From Candidatus Enterousia sp. (GTDB lineage Bacteria; Pseudomonadota; Alphaproteobacteria; Rs-D84): a DNA stretch of 64,000 nucleotides. The DNA lies in assembly GCA_045646625.1 (NCBI GenBank), contig JAZRLB010000007.1, forward strand, positions 3,369 to 67,368, in the 5' to 3' direction. Made by a program: the position numbers and the translations under genes. The notes under the pieces were generated by a model. It was given only the letters and a program-made list of their open reading frames with translations. It searched no databases and was not told the DNA's origin. Numbering within the stretch: the stretch's first letter is position 1; every line of letters begins with the position of its first letter. Positions 16,727 through 27,601 of this stretch are shown here, in pieces.

Positions 16727-19214
16727 TAATATATTTTGTGCGACAAATCCGGCGCGGATGGCAGATGCGCTGTGGGCTGTTATGGATCAGTCTGGTGTGA
16801 ATGTGTCGGATATGTTGATTTTTCTGCCCAGTCGTCGTGCGGTTCGTACGGTTGAAAAAATGATTGCAGAAAAATCTGGTGGGGTGGCAATTTTGCCAAC
16901 CTTGGTTGCACTGGGCGAAGGGGTGGACGAAGAAACAGATGATGACGTGGCGCCAGATATTATTTCAAATGCAGAACGTGTGGCAATTTTAACAAGACTG
17001 TTGGCGGCAGATGCAAGTGTTGGAAATTTATCAAATGCATTAACTGTGGCGCACGATTTGGTGCGTATGCAGGACTATATGGAAAATGAAGGGGTGGATG
17101 CATGTGATATTGATTGGGCGGCGTTGGTTGATGATAAATATGCCGCACATTTTCAAAGTAAGGCAAAAATATTAAATGTTCTGTCAAATTTTATGGATAC
17201 ATATGCCAATGGGCGCGTGACCGCAACCGCAGCGCGAAATCGTGATATTCGTGCGTGGTGTGGAAAACTGGATAAATATAAATTGGTGATTGTGTGTGCG
17301 TCCACGGCCAGTGTGCCTGCCACAGCAGACCTGATGGAAGCGATTGCAAAATGTTCGCACGGGCGGATTATTTTGTCAGGAAAAATTGATGGGCGGGTAG
17401 TCGACTTTGAACTGGATACCAATCCTTATAATTCAGAATACAGGTTTTTGTCGCGGTTGGGGGTGGCGCTGGATGATGTGCAAACAATTGATGTTGGTGC
17501 ATCTAAAATGGACTTTATGAACTATGCTTTTGGGAATGACTGTACGCCACGTAAGATAGACAGAAATCTGTCAAACTGTCATTTGATTACTGTGCCACGA
17601 GAAGCAGTCGAGGCGGATGTGGTTGCAGAACTTGCTGGGCGTGCAATGTCTGATAATAAAAGCGTTTTGGTTATTACACCGGATGCGGCCGGAAATCAAC
17701 GTATTGCAGCTGCATTGCGCGCGCGTGGTGTGGTGGCTGATTTTTCAGGTGGGGTGCCCGCGACAATGACGGCCCCAGGGCGTGCAATTCTGAATTTGCT
17801 GGATTCGTGGATTGAACAAAAATCGGGCGTGTTTGATAAGATTTATACGGAAAATAATTGTGATTTATTTAATACGATTGCAACGATTATAGATTTATAT
17901 TTACCACAGTTTCAGCCACTGTTTGTTATAGATGATGCGGCATATGTTCCAATTTGGGTTGCGTTGCGTGATATGTCAAATGCAATAAATATTGCGGGAA
18001 TTAAATTGACGTTGGCCGATGCGCGTGTGTTTGTTGCGGATGTTTTGTCGGGTGTGTCTATGCGTGGGGTAATGAATGAATCTGCGCGTGTTGTCGTATT
18101 GGGTACAATAGAGTCGCGTATGCAGACGGCTGATGTTGTAATTTTAACCGGATTGAATGAAGGTATGTTTCCGTCGCGTGGATATGAAAACGCGTGGTTG
18201 CCACGGGTGACTGCGGAAAAAATTGGATTGCCATCGCCAAATCGCAAGGTGTCTTTGCAGGCATTAGATTTTATGAATCTGTCGTGTGGAAAATGCGTGT
18301 ATTGGTTGCGGTCAGGGGTCGCCGGTGGGGTTCAGACAACTGAATCAAGGTTTATTTCGCGTGTGATTGCGCGTGGTGGAAAATTTAATGATGACAAAGA
18401 AATCTTGGAAACAGTTTTGACGTGTGATGATGTGCCGTTGAAGCCACTGGATTATTCTGCGCCAACACCGCCTGCGGATTGGTCTGATGTTTATGTGACG
18501 GAACTAGAACATTTGATTCATAATCCTTATTCTTTTTATGCCAAGCATATTTTGCGATTGCCCGTGTTGGATGATTATTGGGTTGGGGTGGATGCACGTG
18601 ATTTTGGTAATCTGGTGCACGATGTGATTGAACATGCACAGGATTTAAGACCCGATGTCTTGGTTGCAGAAATGGATCGGCGTGCGTTGGAAAAGTTGGG
18701 CGCAAATAATGTGATTTTTCATTTCTGGCATAAAAGATTTCTGGAAATTGCGCCAATTATTGCGAATGTGTTGGGAACACAAGAAGAAGCGTATGCGGAA
18801 ATTGCTGGTGTGGTGAAAATCGCAGGACGTAATGTGCGTGCACGTGCCGACCGAATTTGGGATGGTGGGGTGTTGGATATTAAAACGGGGGCTGCGCCAA
18901 GTAAAAATCAACTGGAACAGGGTAATATGCCACAATTACCGTTAGAAGCATATATGCTGCAATCAGGTGGATTTCCGATTAAAACAAGTGCGCTGTCGCG
19001 TGCACCAATTATGCGTTTCTTGCAACTGAAAAATAATGATGTGCGCGTTATAGAATATGATGTGGAAAAAACTGCACAGATGATGCAGGCTGCGGTTGAT
19101 AAAACAACTCAATTATTTAATATGTATTCAGCAGGTGCAGCACCATATGAATATTATGAAACAAATGACAGAAAGTACAAAGCGTATGATGATTTGGCCA
19201 GAATAAAAGACTGA
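16713..19214 (+). CDS. addB: AddB-like double-strand break repair protein with PD-(D/E)XK nuclease
   Basis: FLPSRRA, LGTIESRMQ, GLNEG.FP, NPY.FYA, ARADRI...DIKTG...PQL.LEA. Confidence 0.85.
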   Translation: MALNNNIFCATNPARMADALWAVMDQSGVNVSDMLIFLPSRRAVRTVEKMIAEKSGGVAILPTLVALGEGVDEETDDDVAPDIISNAERVAILTRLLAADASVGNLSNALTVAHDLVRMQDYMENEGVDACDIDWAALVDDKYAAHFQSKAKILNVLSNFMDTYANGRVTATAARNRDIRAWCGKLDKYKLVIVCASTASVPATADLMEAIAKCSHGRIILSGKIDGRVVDFELDTNPYNSEYRFLSRLGVALDDVQTIDVGASKMDFMNYAFGNDCTPRKIDRNLSNCHLITVPREAVEADVVAELAGRAMSDNKSVLVITPDAAGNQRIAAALRARGVVADFSGGVPATMTAPGRAILNLLDSWIEQKSGVFDKIYTENNCDLFNTIATIIDLYLPQFQPLFVIDDAAYVPIWVALRDMSNAINIAGIKLTLADARVFVADVLSGVSMRGVMNESARVVVLGTIESRMQTADVVILTGLNEGMFPSRGYENAWLPRVTAEKIGLPSPNRKVSLQALDFMNLSCGKCVYWLRSGVAGGVQTTESRFISRVIARGGKFNDDKEILETVLTCDDVPLKPLDYSAPTPPADWSDVYVTELEHLIHNPYSFYAKHILRLPVLDDYWVGVDARDFGNLVHDVIEHAQDLRPDVLVAEMDRRALEKLGANNVIFHFWHKRFLEIAPIIANVLGTQEEAYAEIAGVVKIAGRNVRARADRIWDGGVLDIKTGAAPSKNQLEQGNMPQLPLEAYMLQSGGFPIKTSALSRAPIMRFLQLKNNDVRVIEYDVEKTAQMMQAAVDKTTQLFNMYSAGAAPYEYYETNDRKYKAYDDLARIKD

Positions 19215-19301
19215 GGTCGATTTGTGTGCGGATTTTATACCTGTTGGAATTTAGATATTTTTACTTAATAATTTTGTGCAAAGAATTAAGCGAGAGATTT
19301 T

Positions 19302-19646
19302 ATGCACAACAATATTAATATTCTGTGTGATTTGATGAGATTGAATCAATATCAAAGCGGTAAATTAAAACTGAATTATGAAAGATATGATTTTGCGCGT
19401 TTAGAACAGCGGGGTGGGGTTTTATATGCACCATATGCAGCACGTGGCTTAAAGGAAAAAATCGAAAGTTTTTTGTTTGGAAAGCGTGTCGATTTAATAG
19501 GAAAAAATTCTGTACTGTTGCGCGCCAGACGGGGGGTGCAGTTTTGTGCAAATGGATATCACTGTGTGCGGGCAGGGCGATATACTTACTATGCAGATGC
19601 TAGTGGGCGTGTGATTTCACGTCGTGAATTTATGGCCAATAAATAA
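19302..19646 (+). CDS. Hypothetical protein
   Basis: 114-aa ORF filling the intergenic space. Confidence 0.6.
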   Translation: MHNNINILCDLMRLNQYQSGKLKLNYERYDFARLEQRGGVLYAPYAARGLKEKIESFLFGKRVDLIGKNSVLLRARRGVQFCANGYHCVRAGRYTYYADASGRVISRREFMANK

Positions 19647-19648
19647 TT

Positions 19649-22123
19649 TTAAAACCTGTCGTGTGTTTTTACAAATGCACGCATAAAACCAACGTCTATT
19701 TGGCGCATTATATCTGACAGTGAATAGTTGCGACCGCCGTCAGGCATAATACTTAGTTGTATGGTGGCCGGGGTAGGGGCTGTGCCGCGTAATGTTAAAT
19801 CAAATTCGGCTGTCATATATCCATCTGTTATCGCAAAGCCGCCAATGCCGTCTGTGTGGCGCATAGATATTTTTAACGGTTTTGTCGTTATGAAATTGCC
19901 GCGTTCGTAATCACCAATTAATAACATCTGTTTCAATGCGGTTTCGCCCCCTGATAGTGCGCGTGATAATGCGTATTCTGCATTCAGTGATGTGATGTTT
20001 TCTGCAGATGCATAAAATTCGTCAAACCCAAAACCACTGATAAAGCCACCATCAAATGTCAAATCTAAGGTGCCGCGCAGGTTATAGTAAATGTCGTGGG
20101 CAATCTGGCCGTTGGTGGTCAAAGATATCTGACCTGTTATGGTTGTGTCGCGAATGTTTACAGGTATTTGACTGTTTAACAGCCAGCCATTGATTACAAA
20201 TCGATTTAACTGGGCGAATATATCATAGTTTGTTTTGTCGCGCTCGATCGTGGCCAGCATATTGCCGCGAGACGTGTCCATAATGGAAAAGGTTTGTGCA
20301 TTTGGCTTTAATGAATAGACAAAGTTTTTATATTCGTTGCCATTGTATATCATTCTTTCCGCAGACAGTGCAATGCTGACCGGTAAATTGAACAATGCTA
20401 GCAGTGGTTCATTTGTTCGAAATTCTAATTCTGCATAGTTGTCAATAAAGGCGCGGTTGGTAAAGGCGTCAATCGTCAATACAGGTGTGTGCAGCGTAAT
20501 AGATGTGTTTGATACAGAACCTGTGAATTCGTGGTCGTTCGTTTTTATCGTCAAATTTGATATTTTGCCGTCTTGGTAAAATCCAGATATTGTATAGTCT
20601 GAATCGTTTATAAAGCGCAGGTCTGTGTCTGGCAGCCAAGACTTGAAACTGGTGCCGGTAAGGTGAAAATAGTTGTCGTATGTTGATAGACGCCATTTGC
20701 CACTGTACGGGGTGAATGTCAACATTCCGCCACGCCACGCAAAATCACCGCGGTCCGATTTCATAAAATCTGGCAGAAATGGAATGTTTACGCCTGTGAA
20801 TTCCAGTGTCTTGTTTTTTGCAAAATTGTAGTTTGCACTTATTTTGTCGCCATCAATGTCGTATGTGCCGCCGATGTCAGAAAACTGGAATGTAATATGG
20901 CCACGCGTGCCTAATTTTTTTACGTCGTCTATAAATTTTTTGAATTTTGGCATAGGGGTGTCTGATAAAACAGATATGTCAAATTTGTCGCCGTCAACAG
21001 ATATCTGGCCGGATATGTCACCGTAGGTGAACATCGTACAATCCCATTTTTGCGGAGTGCCAGAAAACAGACACATTGAATTTATACCGTCAATTGGCAT
21101 TGTTATCATCAGGTTGTCAGCGCCTGAGGATGTGATTGTGCCACCAGTTATGGCAATGTCGTCTGCAACAATATTGGCAATTTGTAGTTTGTCAGAGGTG
21201 CCAACAGCCTGGATGCGTATATGATCGAATTTGTGGTTGTCAAATTTTAAATTGCCATAGAAGTCTATGTTCAGATTTGTTTTGTTTATCAATTTGCCAG
21301 GTGTTAGCAAAAATGTGAAATCGTAATCTATGTCTTGGGATACTAATTGAATGTTTCGTTCCCCGTTTGGTAGTACTTCGATATTGCCGGATACGTGTTC
21401 GGTGTTTATGTTTGTTAGTTTGTATCCATTGCCGCCATCCCATTCAAAATTTGTTGTTAATTTTACCAGGCGGTCAGTTTCAGGCGCATCAAACCCAAAC
21501 CAAGAATTAATGTTGTTTGTTTCAATGGAAAAATGTCCGCGGACTGTGCCGTCAGAATATATCTGACCGGTTATGTCCAGATTGTTATTCTTGTTTGTTA
21601 TATGGAATGTGTCGCCGATAAATTCAACGTCGTATTTATGGTTCTTGGTGCGAATGGTGCCGTGAAATTCCCCATTCGAAAATTCTGCCCTGACAATGTG
21701 AAATTTTTTGCCGTTAAAATCGATGTTGCTGTTGTATATTTCGATTGCGTGGTTGAAATTAACGGGTGACAGTTTGTCAATTTTAATGTCTGCATCATAG
21801 ACAATAACCGCATTTTTAAGTTTTGCGTGTTCCAGGTCAAAGAAACTGTGAAACGGTATAGATAATAAAACAGAACCAATGCGTGCCGTCGGTACAGTCA
21901 CGTCGTGGGCAACAATTGTGGCGCCCCCAATTAAACTGAAATGTATGTCACCATTCAGTTTTGCCGGTACAGACATTTGGTCGTAAATAGACTTTTCAAT
22001 TACAGGGCGAAATTTGTTCAGGGTTATCATAGGCGGAACAATTATAATCGCCAATGCAATCGCACCGATGGTGCATATCAGTGACCAGAATATTCTGCGC
22101 TTGTGTTTGGGTTTTAATGCCAT
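19649..22123 (-). CDS. AsmA-like envelope protein
   Basis: N-terminal TM anchor followed by a long beta-rich region; GGAG SD. Confidence 0.7.
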   Translation of the reverse strand: MALKPKHKRRIFWSLICTIGAIALAIIIVPPMITLNKFRPVIEKSIYDQMSVPAKLNGDIHFSLIGGATIVAHDVTVPTARIGSVLLSIPFHSFFDLEHAKLKNAVIVYDADIKIDKLSPVNFNHAIEIYNSNIDFNGKKFHIVRAEFSNGEFHGTIRTKNHKYDVEFIGDTFHITNKNNNLDITGQIYSDGTVRGHFSIETNNINSWFGFDAPETDRLVKLTTNFEWDGGNGYKLTNINTEHVSGNIEVLPNGERNIQLVSQDIDYDFTFLLTPGKLINKTNLNIDFYGNLKFDNHKFDHIRIQAVGTSDKLQIANIVADDIAITGGTITSSGADNLMITMPIDGINSMCLFSGTPQKWDCTMFTYGDISGQISVDGDKFDISVLSDTPMPKFKKFIDDVKKLGTRGHITFQFSDIGGTYDIDGDKISANYNFAKNKTLEFTGVNIPFLPDFMKSDRGDFAWRGGMLTFTPYSGKWRLSTYDNYFHLTGTSFKSWLPDTDLRFINDSDYTISGFYQDGKISNLTIKTNDHEFTGSVSNTSITLHTPVLTIDAFTNRAFIDNYAELEFRTNEPLLALFNLPVSIALSAERMIYNGNEYKNFVYSLKPNAQTFSIMDTSRGNMLATIERDKTNYDIFAQLNRFVINGWLLNSQIPVNIRDTTITGQISLTTNGQIAHDIYYNLRGTLDLTFDGGFISGFGFDEFYASAENITSLNAEYALSRALSGGETALKQMLLIGDYERGNFITTKPLKISMRHTDGIGGFAITDGYMTAEFDLTLRGTAPTPATIQLSIMPDGGRNYSLSDIMRQIDVGFMRAFVKTHDRF

Positions 22124-22179
22124 TCTCCGTTCCCTTGTATTTTTATTATAATGGATTATACTGTATTGTGAATAAAAAA

Positions 22180-24171
22180 ATGAAACGTGCAGAATTTTAT
22201 CTTGAAAGTGATTACAAACCCATGGGGGACCAACCGATGGCAATTGCTGAATTGGTCAATGGGGTAAATGATGGCAAGCAATCCCAGGTGTTGTTGGGGG
22301 TGACTGGGTCGGGTAAGACGTTCACAATGGCAAATGTTATTGCAGAATTGGGACGGCCTGCGCTGATTATGGCGCCAAATAAAATTCTGGCGGCACAGTT
22401 ATATACGGAAATGAAGACGTTCTTTCCACGAAATCACGTTGAATATTTTGTGTCGTACTATGATTATTATCAGCCCGAAGCGTATATGCCCACAACTGAT
22501 ACGTATATCGATAAAGATGCATCCATAAACGAACAATTGGATCGTATGCGTCACAGTGCAACACGCGCAATGTTGGAAGAACGTGATGTGGTCGTGGTGT
22601 CAAGTGTGTCGTCAATCTATGGTATGGGGGCGCCCGAACAATACGCAGGGATGAAGGTAGTATTAAAGGCGGGTGATATGATGTCTATGCGTGATGTTAT
22701 GCGTGCGCTGGTTGATATTCAATATAAACGCAATGATACAGCTTTTGAACGTGGTGCTTTTCGTGTGCGTGGCGATACGATGGATATATTCCCGTCACAT
22801 GCAATGGACAGGGGGTGGAAGTTATCGTTCTGGGGGGACGAGATTGAAGAAATCTGGGAATTCGATACGTTGACAGGGGCAAAATTACAAAAGTTAGAAC
22901 GTGTGGCTGTTTATCCAAATACGCACTATGCAACACCAATGCCTAGCGTGTTGCAAGCGATATCTCAGATACGCGCCGACTTGAAGGAACGTTTGGCATA
23001 TTTTCACGAAAATATGAAATATATAGAAGAACAACGTTTGCGGGAACGCGTGAGCTTTGATATAGAAATGATGGAAAGTACGGGGACCTGTCGTGGGGTG
23101 GAGAATTATTCGCGATATTTATCTGGACGTGCGCCGGGACAGCCACCACCAACCTTGTTTGAATATTTGCCAAATGATGCAGTTTTATTTATTGATGAAA
23201 GTCATGTGACGGTTCCACAGATTGGTGCGATGAGTCGCGGTGACCGTGCGCGCAAAGAAACATTATCACAGTATGGATTCAGATTGCCGGCCTGTGTTGA
23301 TAATCGACCGTTGACGTTTGATGAGTGGGATAACTTGCGACCCCAAACAATCTTTGTTTCTGCGACGCCCGCAGAATGGGAATTGGTTCAATCAGGTGGC
23401 GTTGTGTCCGAACAGGTTATAAGACCTACGGGATTGTTAGACCCAATATGTGAAGTGCGTCCAACAGAACATCAGGTGGATGATTTGTTGGAACAGATTA
23501 AAAAAACGTCGGGGCGTGTGTTGGTGACTACACTGACCAAGAAAATGGCAGAACAGTTGACCGATTATCTGAATGAAAATAATGTTCGGGCGCGATATCT
23601 GCACAGTGATATTGAAACGCTGGAACGTATTGAATTGCTGCGTGAACTGCGTATGGGAAAATTTGATGTTCTGGTTGGAATCAATTTACTGCGTGAAGGA
23701 TTGGATGTGCCAGAATGCGAATTGGTTGCGATTATGGATGCGGACAAAGAAGGTTTTCTGCGTTCGACACGTTCGTTAATTCAGACAATTGGGCGCGCTG
23801 CACGTAATGCAAATGGACGGGTGATTTTGTATGCAGACAAGATTACTGATTCTATGCGGACGGCACTGGATGAAACCGCACGGCGTCGTGAAAAACAGAT
23901 GGCGTATAACGCAGAACACAGTATTACGCCGACAACTGTATCTAAGGCAATTTTTGCCGAGGTTGGTGAGAAACAAGAAAAGACTGACAAAGCACGCAGG
24001 TTTGTGTATGATAAATCAGGTGGTGTGTTGGATGCGGATTCTATCCGACAGGAAATTAAAAAGTTAACCCAACAGATGCACAAGGCGGCCGAGGATTTGG
24101 AATTTGAACGCGCGGCGGAAATTCGTGATACTATTCACAAACTGGAAGATGATTTGTTATTGGTGGAGTAG
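22180..24171 (+). CDS. uvrB: Excinuclease ABC subunit B
   Basis: GDQP.AI, LGVTGSGKTF, YYDYYQPEAY, DESH, INLLREGLD, C-terminal UVR domain. Confidence 0.98.
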   Translation: MKRAEFYLESDYKPMGDQPMAIAELVNGVNDGKQSQVLLGVTGSGKTFTMANVIAELGRPALIMAPNKILAAQLYTEMKTFFPRNHVEYFVSYYDYYQPEAYMPTTDTYIDKDASINEQLDRMRHSATRAMLEERDVVVVSSVSSIYGMGAPEQYAGMKVVLKAGDMMSMRDVMRALVDIQYKRNDTAFERGAFRVRGDTMDIFPSHAMDRGWKLSFWGDEIEEIWEFDTLTGAKLQKLERVAVYPNTHYATPMPSVLQAISQIRADLKERLAYFHENMKYIEEQRLRERVSFDIEMMESTGTCRGVENYSRYLSGRAPGQPPPTLFEYLPNDAVLFIDESHVTVPQIGAMSRGDRARKETLSQYGFRLPACVDNRPLTFDEWDNLRPQTIFVSATPAEWELVQSGGVVSEQVIRPTGLLDPICEVRPTEHQVDDLLEQIKKTSGRVLVTTLTKKMAEQLTDYLNENNVRARYLHSDIETLERIELLRELRMGKFDVLVGINLLREGLDVPECELVAIMDADKEGFLRSTRSLIQTIGRAARNANGRVILYADKITDSMRTALDETARRREKQMAYNAEHSITPTTVSKAIFAEVGEKQEKTDKARRFVYDKSGGVLDADSIRQEIKKLTQQMHKAAEDLEFERAAEIRDTIHKLEDDLLLVE

Positions 24172-24175
24172 GTAA

Positions 24176-24418
24176 ATGATTAATGTAGATGAAATAGTTG
24201 GAGTAAATGGTATATATATTTCACAGTTATATAAAGACTGGTATGCGGTGGAAGTCATAGCAAAACGGGGAAATACTTTTTTCAGAATAAGGTATCCGTA
24301 TGCAACAGTTGGGGTCGCACAAACAGTATTGAAACAGATAAAGAATAAATCTGAAAATATACAAAAACCTGATTATAGGCCTGTTGTTCATATTATGAAT
24401 CAAGGAAAAGTAAGATGA
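24176..24418 (+). CDS. Small orphan protein between uvrB and tsaE
   Basis: 80-aa ORF coupled to both neighbours. Confidence 0.55.
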   Translation: MINVDEIVGVNGIYISQLYKDWYAVEVIAKRGNTFFRIRYPYATVGVAQTVLKQIKNKSENIQKPDYRPVVHIMNQGKVR

Positions 24419-24816
24419 AAGAATATATCTTAGAAAATGTTGAACAAATGCGTGCGTGGGCACGGGATTTTGCAGGTATGTTGACTGCGCCCTGTGTGGT
24501 GGCGTTGCACGGTGATTTGGGTATGGGAAAATCTGAAATCGCACGCAGTGTTATTCAGACCCTGCGTGGGGCAGATACAGTTGTGCCCAGTCCGACATTT
24601 ACCATTGTGCAATCGTATGATGGAATTTCTCATTTTGATTTATATCGTGTTGAAGATGCGGATGAATTAACGGAAATTGGTTTGGCGCACGCCATAGAAA
24701 ATGATATTACTTTAATTGAGTGGCCTGAAATTGCAAAAGATGTTTTGCCAGAAAATACAATTCATATCAGTATTAGTCAGTATGCTGATGGACGACGGGT
24801 TGTGGTTCAGAATTAA
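24415..24816 (+). CDS. tsaE: t6A biosynthesis ATPase TsaE
   Basis: L.GDLG.GKS, VPSPTFTIVQ.Y, HFDLYR, IEWP. Confidence 0.95.
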   Translation: MKEYILENVEQMRAWARDFAGMLTAPCVVALHGDLGMGKSEIARSVIQTLRGADTVVPSPTFTIVQSYDGISHFDLYRVEDADELTEIGLAHAIENDITLIEWPEIAKDVLPENTIHISISQYADGRRVVVQN

Positions 24817-24840
24817 ATATACCGCCCAAATGGGCGGTGT

Positions 24841-25611
24841 TTATTTTATTTCCAGCATTAATCCACAGTGGTCGGTTGGTTTTTGTGCCAGGCGTGGTTC
24901 GATATCAATTTCACAATTTTTTAGCATTTTTGCCGCTGTTTGATTGCATAAAAAGTAATCCAGGCGCAGTCCTTGTTTGTTGCCAACTGTATCGCGGCCA
25001 CGGTATCCGTACCAAGTGTAATCTATTTCATCTGGGTGCAGGGTGCGCCATGCGTCAACCCAGCCAGCATTCAGCCACTCATTCATAATGGCGCGTGCGG
25101 CGGGGGCAGAAATTGCAATACCTTCGTAATTCTTGGGTTTCCAGATGTCGCGGTCTTCGATGGCGACGTTAAAGTCACCGCCGATGATGACGGGTTCTGG
25201 GCTGTTCAGATATTGTGAAATATAGTCTGTGAATGCGCGCATCCATTCCAATTTATATGGAAATTTTGGTGAATTAACCGTGTCGCCATTTGGCATATAC
25301 GTGTTAATCAGGCGTACGCGACCATCAACCACACATTCTAAAAAACGGGCGTTGGGGTCTGCGTAATTTGGCATGCCAAGTATTGTGTCTTCGATAGAAA
25401 ATTTAGAAAATGTTGCAACGCCATTCCAAGATTTTTGGCCGAAAACCTTGATATTATATCCAAATTCATCAAAAATCATATGTGGAAAGTTTGCGGTTTC
25501 AACCTTTAATTCTTGGACCATAATTGTGTCATATTCGCCACTACGCAGGATTTCAATAAAACTTTCAATATGGGCGCGGATTGAGTTTATGTTCAGGGTC
25601 AAAATTTTCAT
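24841..25611 (-). CDS. xth: Exodeoxyribonuclease III
   Basis: NINSIR, QELK, Y.PNG, GDFNV, LRLDY, TDH. Confidence 0.93.
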   Translation of the reverse strand: MKILTLNINSIRAHIESFIEILRSGEYDTIMVQELKVETANFPHMIFDEFGYNIKVFGQKSWNGVATFSKFSIEDTILGMPNYADPNARFLECVVDGRVRLINTYMPNGDTVNSPKFPYKLEWMRAFTDYISQYLNSPEPVIIGGDFNVAIEDRDIWKPKNYEGIAISAPAARAIMNEWLNAGWVDAWRTLHPDEIDYTWYGYRGRDTVGNKQGLRLDYFLCNQTAAKMLKNCEIDIEPRLAQKPTDHCGLMLEIK

Positions 25612-25681
25612 AATTGCTTTCCTTTTTTTCATGAGTATAATATCCGTGTCCAATATAAAAAACAACAAGGAATTTTATAAC

Positions 25682-27262
25682 ATGAATATGTATCAGTTAT
25701 TAGAACGTACCGCGCAAACATACCCAGATAATTTGTACCTGGTGCGCGAAGGCGTTGCGTATAAAGATTTTATAAATTTGGTTAAGGCACGTGCAGCGTC
25801 CCTGGACAAAGCGGGTGTTAAAAAGGGTGATGTTGTTGGTATCTTGTCCCACAATATTCCGGAATTTCCAATTACGCTGTTTGCATTGTGGTATTTGGGT
25901 GGCACGGTATTGTTGCTGGATACAAATCTGACTCCGTTTGAATATGACAATATGGCGGAAATCGCGAACTGCAAAATGGTTTGTGCAGAAAAGTCTTTTG
26001 TATACAAGACGGATAAATTTACGTTCTATGACATTACTAAAAAAGATGGCAAGGTTAATCCGGATTTAAAGCCGGCGGCGGTGGAATCTTTGGATATTGC
26101 AACAATGTCGTTCACGTCTGGGTCAACAGGTGTGCCAAAGGTTGTGCCATTAACACACTTTAACATCGTTGAGTGCACAAATTCATTGGAATCTATGGCC
26201 GAATGGATTAAGCCTGGTGATTATTTGTATGGGTTTTTGCCTATGTATCACGTGTTTGGGTTTGCGGTTGAAATCTTGGCAACATTGCACTTTGGGGCGG
26301 GGGTACTGCTGCAGCCGACAGTTAATCCAAAAGAAATTATGGCCGACTTTAAGAAATTCCGTCCCCAGATTATCCCAGCGGTGCCAAGACTGTGGGAAGT
26401 GTTCCGTAACAAGATTATCGATAATGTCAAAGCGCAAAAGAAATGGGGATTGGTATCTTTCGTTTTGAAATATGGCAAGACGTTGCAGAAAATTGGTTTG
26501 GGTGCATTGGTGCGCAAAGTGCAAAAACCAATCTTGGATGTGTTCGGTGGACGTGCACGCCTGTTAATCGCAGGTGGCGCCGCGACCAAACCCGAAGTTG
26601 AAACATTTTATGAACGTTTGGGGCTGACATTTATACAGGGGTATGGTTTGACAGAAACGGTTGGACCAATCTGTATTTCCAAGCCAACCAAGAAACGTTT
26701 GCCGTTTGCATTCGGTGGACCAACATTGAATAACGAATGTGAAATTCGTGATAAAAATGAAGATGGTGTTGGCGTTCTGTGGCTGCGCGGGCATCAGGTG
26801 TTTGGCGGCTATCTGAATAACGAAGAAGCCAACAAAGAAATCTTTGATGAACGTGGTTTCTTTAATACTGGTGACTTGGTATCTATGGATAAAAATGGTG
26901 AATTGCATTTTGCAGGTCGTAAAAAGCAGGTTATCGTTTTGGACAGCGGTAAAAACGTATATCCAGACGAACTGGAAGGTATGTTTATCACAATCCCAGG
27001 TGTTAAAAATGTTGCGGTATTTGAACACCGTGTCAAAGATAAGACTGTGACATACGGTGTGTTCAGCGTCGAACCAGAAATGACAATGGAAAAACTGGGG
27101 GCGGAAATCGCCGCTGCAAATAAAAAGGTTGCCAGTTATAAATGGGTGACTCACTTTGCCATGACAACGGAAGATTTGCCGTTGACCAGTACGCAAAAGG
27201 TTAAACACCATGTGGTGCGCAAGAACTTGATAGAGGGCAAGTATCCAAACCGCCACGAATAA
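25682..27262 (+). CDS. AMP-binding long-chain fatty acid-CoA ligase family protein
   Basis: FTSGSTGVPK, QGYGLTE, F.TGDL, GRKK..IV..SGKNVYP. Confidence 0.9.
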   Translation: MNMYQLLERTAQTYPDNLYLVREGVAYKDFINLVKARAASLDKAGVKKGDVVGILSHNIPEFPITLFALWYLGGTVLLLDTNLTPFEYDNMAEIANCKMVCAEKSFVYKTDKFTFYDITKKDGKVNPDLKPAAVESLDIATMSFTSGSTGVPKVVPLTHFNIVECTNSLESMAEWIKPGDYLYGFLPMYHVFGFAVEILATLHFGAGVLLQPTVNPKEIMADFKKFRPQIIPAVPRLWEVFRNKIIDNVKAQKKWGLVSFVLKYGKTLQKIGLGALVRKVQKPILDVFGGRARLLIAGGAATKPEVETFYERLGLTFIQGYGLTETVGPICISKPTKKRLPFAFGGPTLNNECEIRDKNEDGVGVLWLRGHQVFGGYLNNEEANKEIFDERGFFNTGDLVSMDKNGELHFAGRKKQVIVLDSGKNVYPDELEGMFITIPGVKNVAVFEHRVKDKTVTYGVFSVEPEMTMEKLGAEIAAANKKVASYKWVTHFAMTTEDLPLTSTQKVKHHVVRKNLIEGKYPNRHE

Positions 27263-27264
27263 AA

Positions 27265-27566
27265 ATAAATTAAATATAATAATTTATCTAAAAACCAATC
27301 GGGAATCTTATGTAGCGATTGTACACTACGATTCCCGATTGTCTTTTATCTAAATCATTCTATTTAATTTATCAAATCTAAAACCGTTTACGGGAATCTT
27401 ATGTGGCGATTGTACACTGCGCCATTTCCAACCCGTTTATCTATACCATTATCTTTTATTTTATTAAAATTTGATACATATCTAAATCGGGTTGGCAATG
27501 GCTTATGTAGCGATTGTACACTACAATTCCCGATTGTCTTTTATCTAAATTATTCTATTTAATTTT
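27265..27566. repeat. Composite of three ERIC/RPE-like palindromic units
   Basis: Cores CTTATGT(A/G)GCGATTGTACACT at 27307, 27398, 27502. Confidence 0.9.
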
Positions 27567-27601
27567 AGCAAATCGAGTTTTTTTATGATATAATCTATTT
27601 T

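Noticed and set aside
27265-27566. Integron attC array
   Set aside because: No RYYYAAC/GTTRRRY ends, no cassette ORFs between units, and the 782-1960 integrase is not IntI-like
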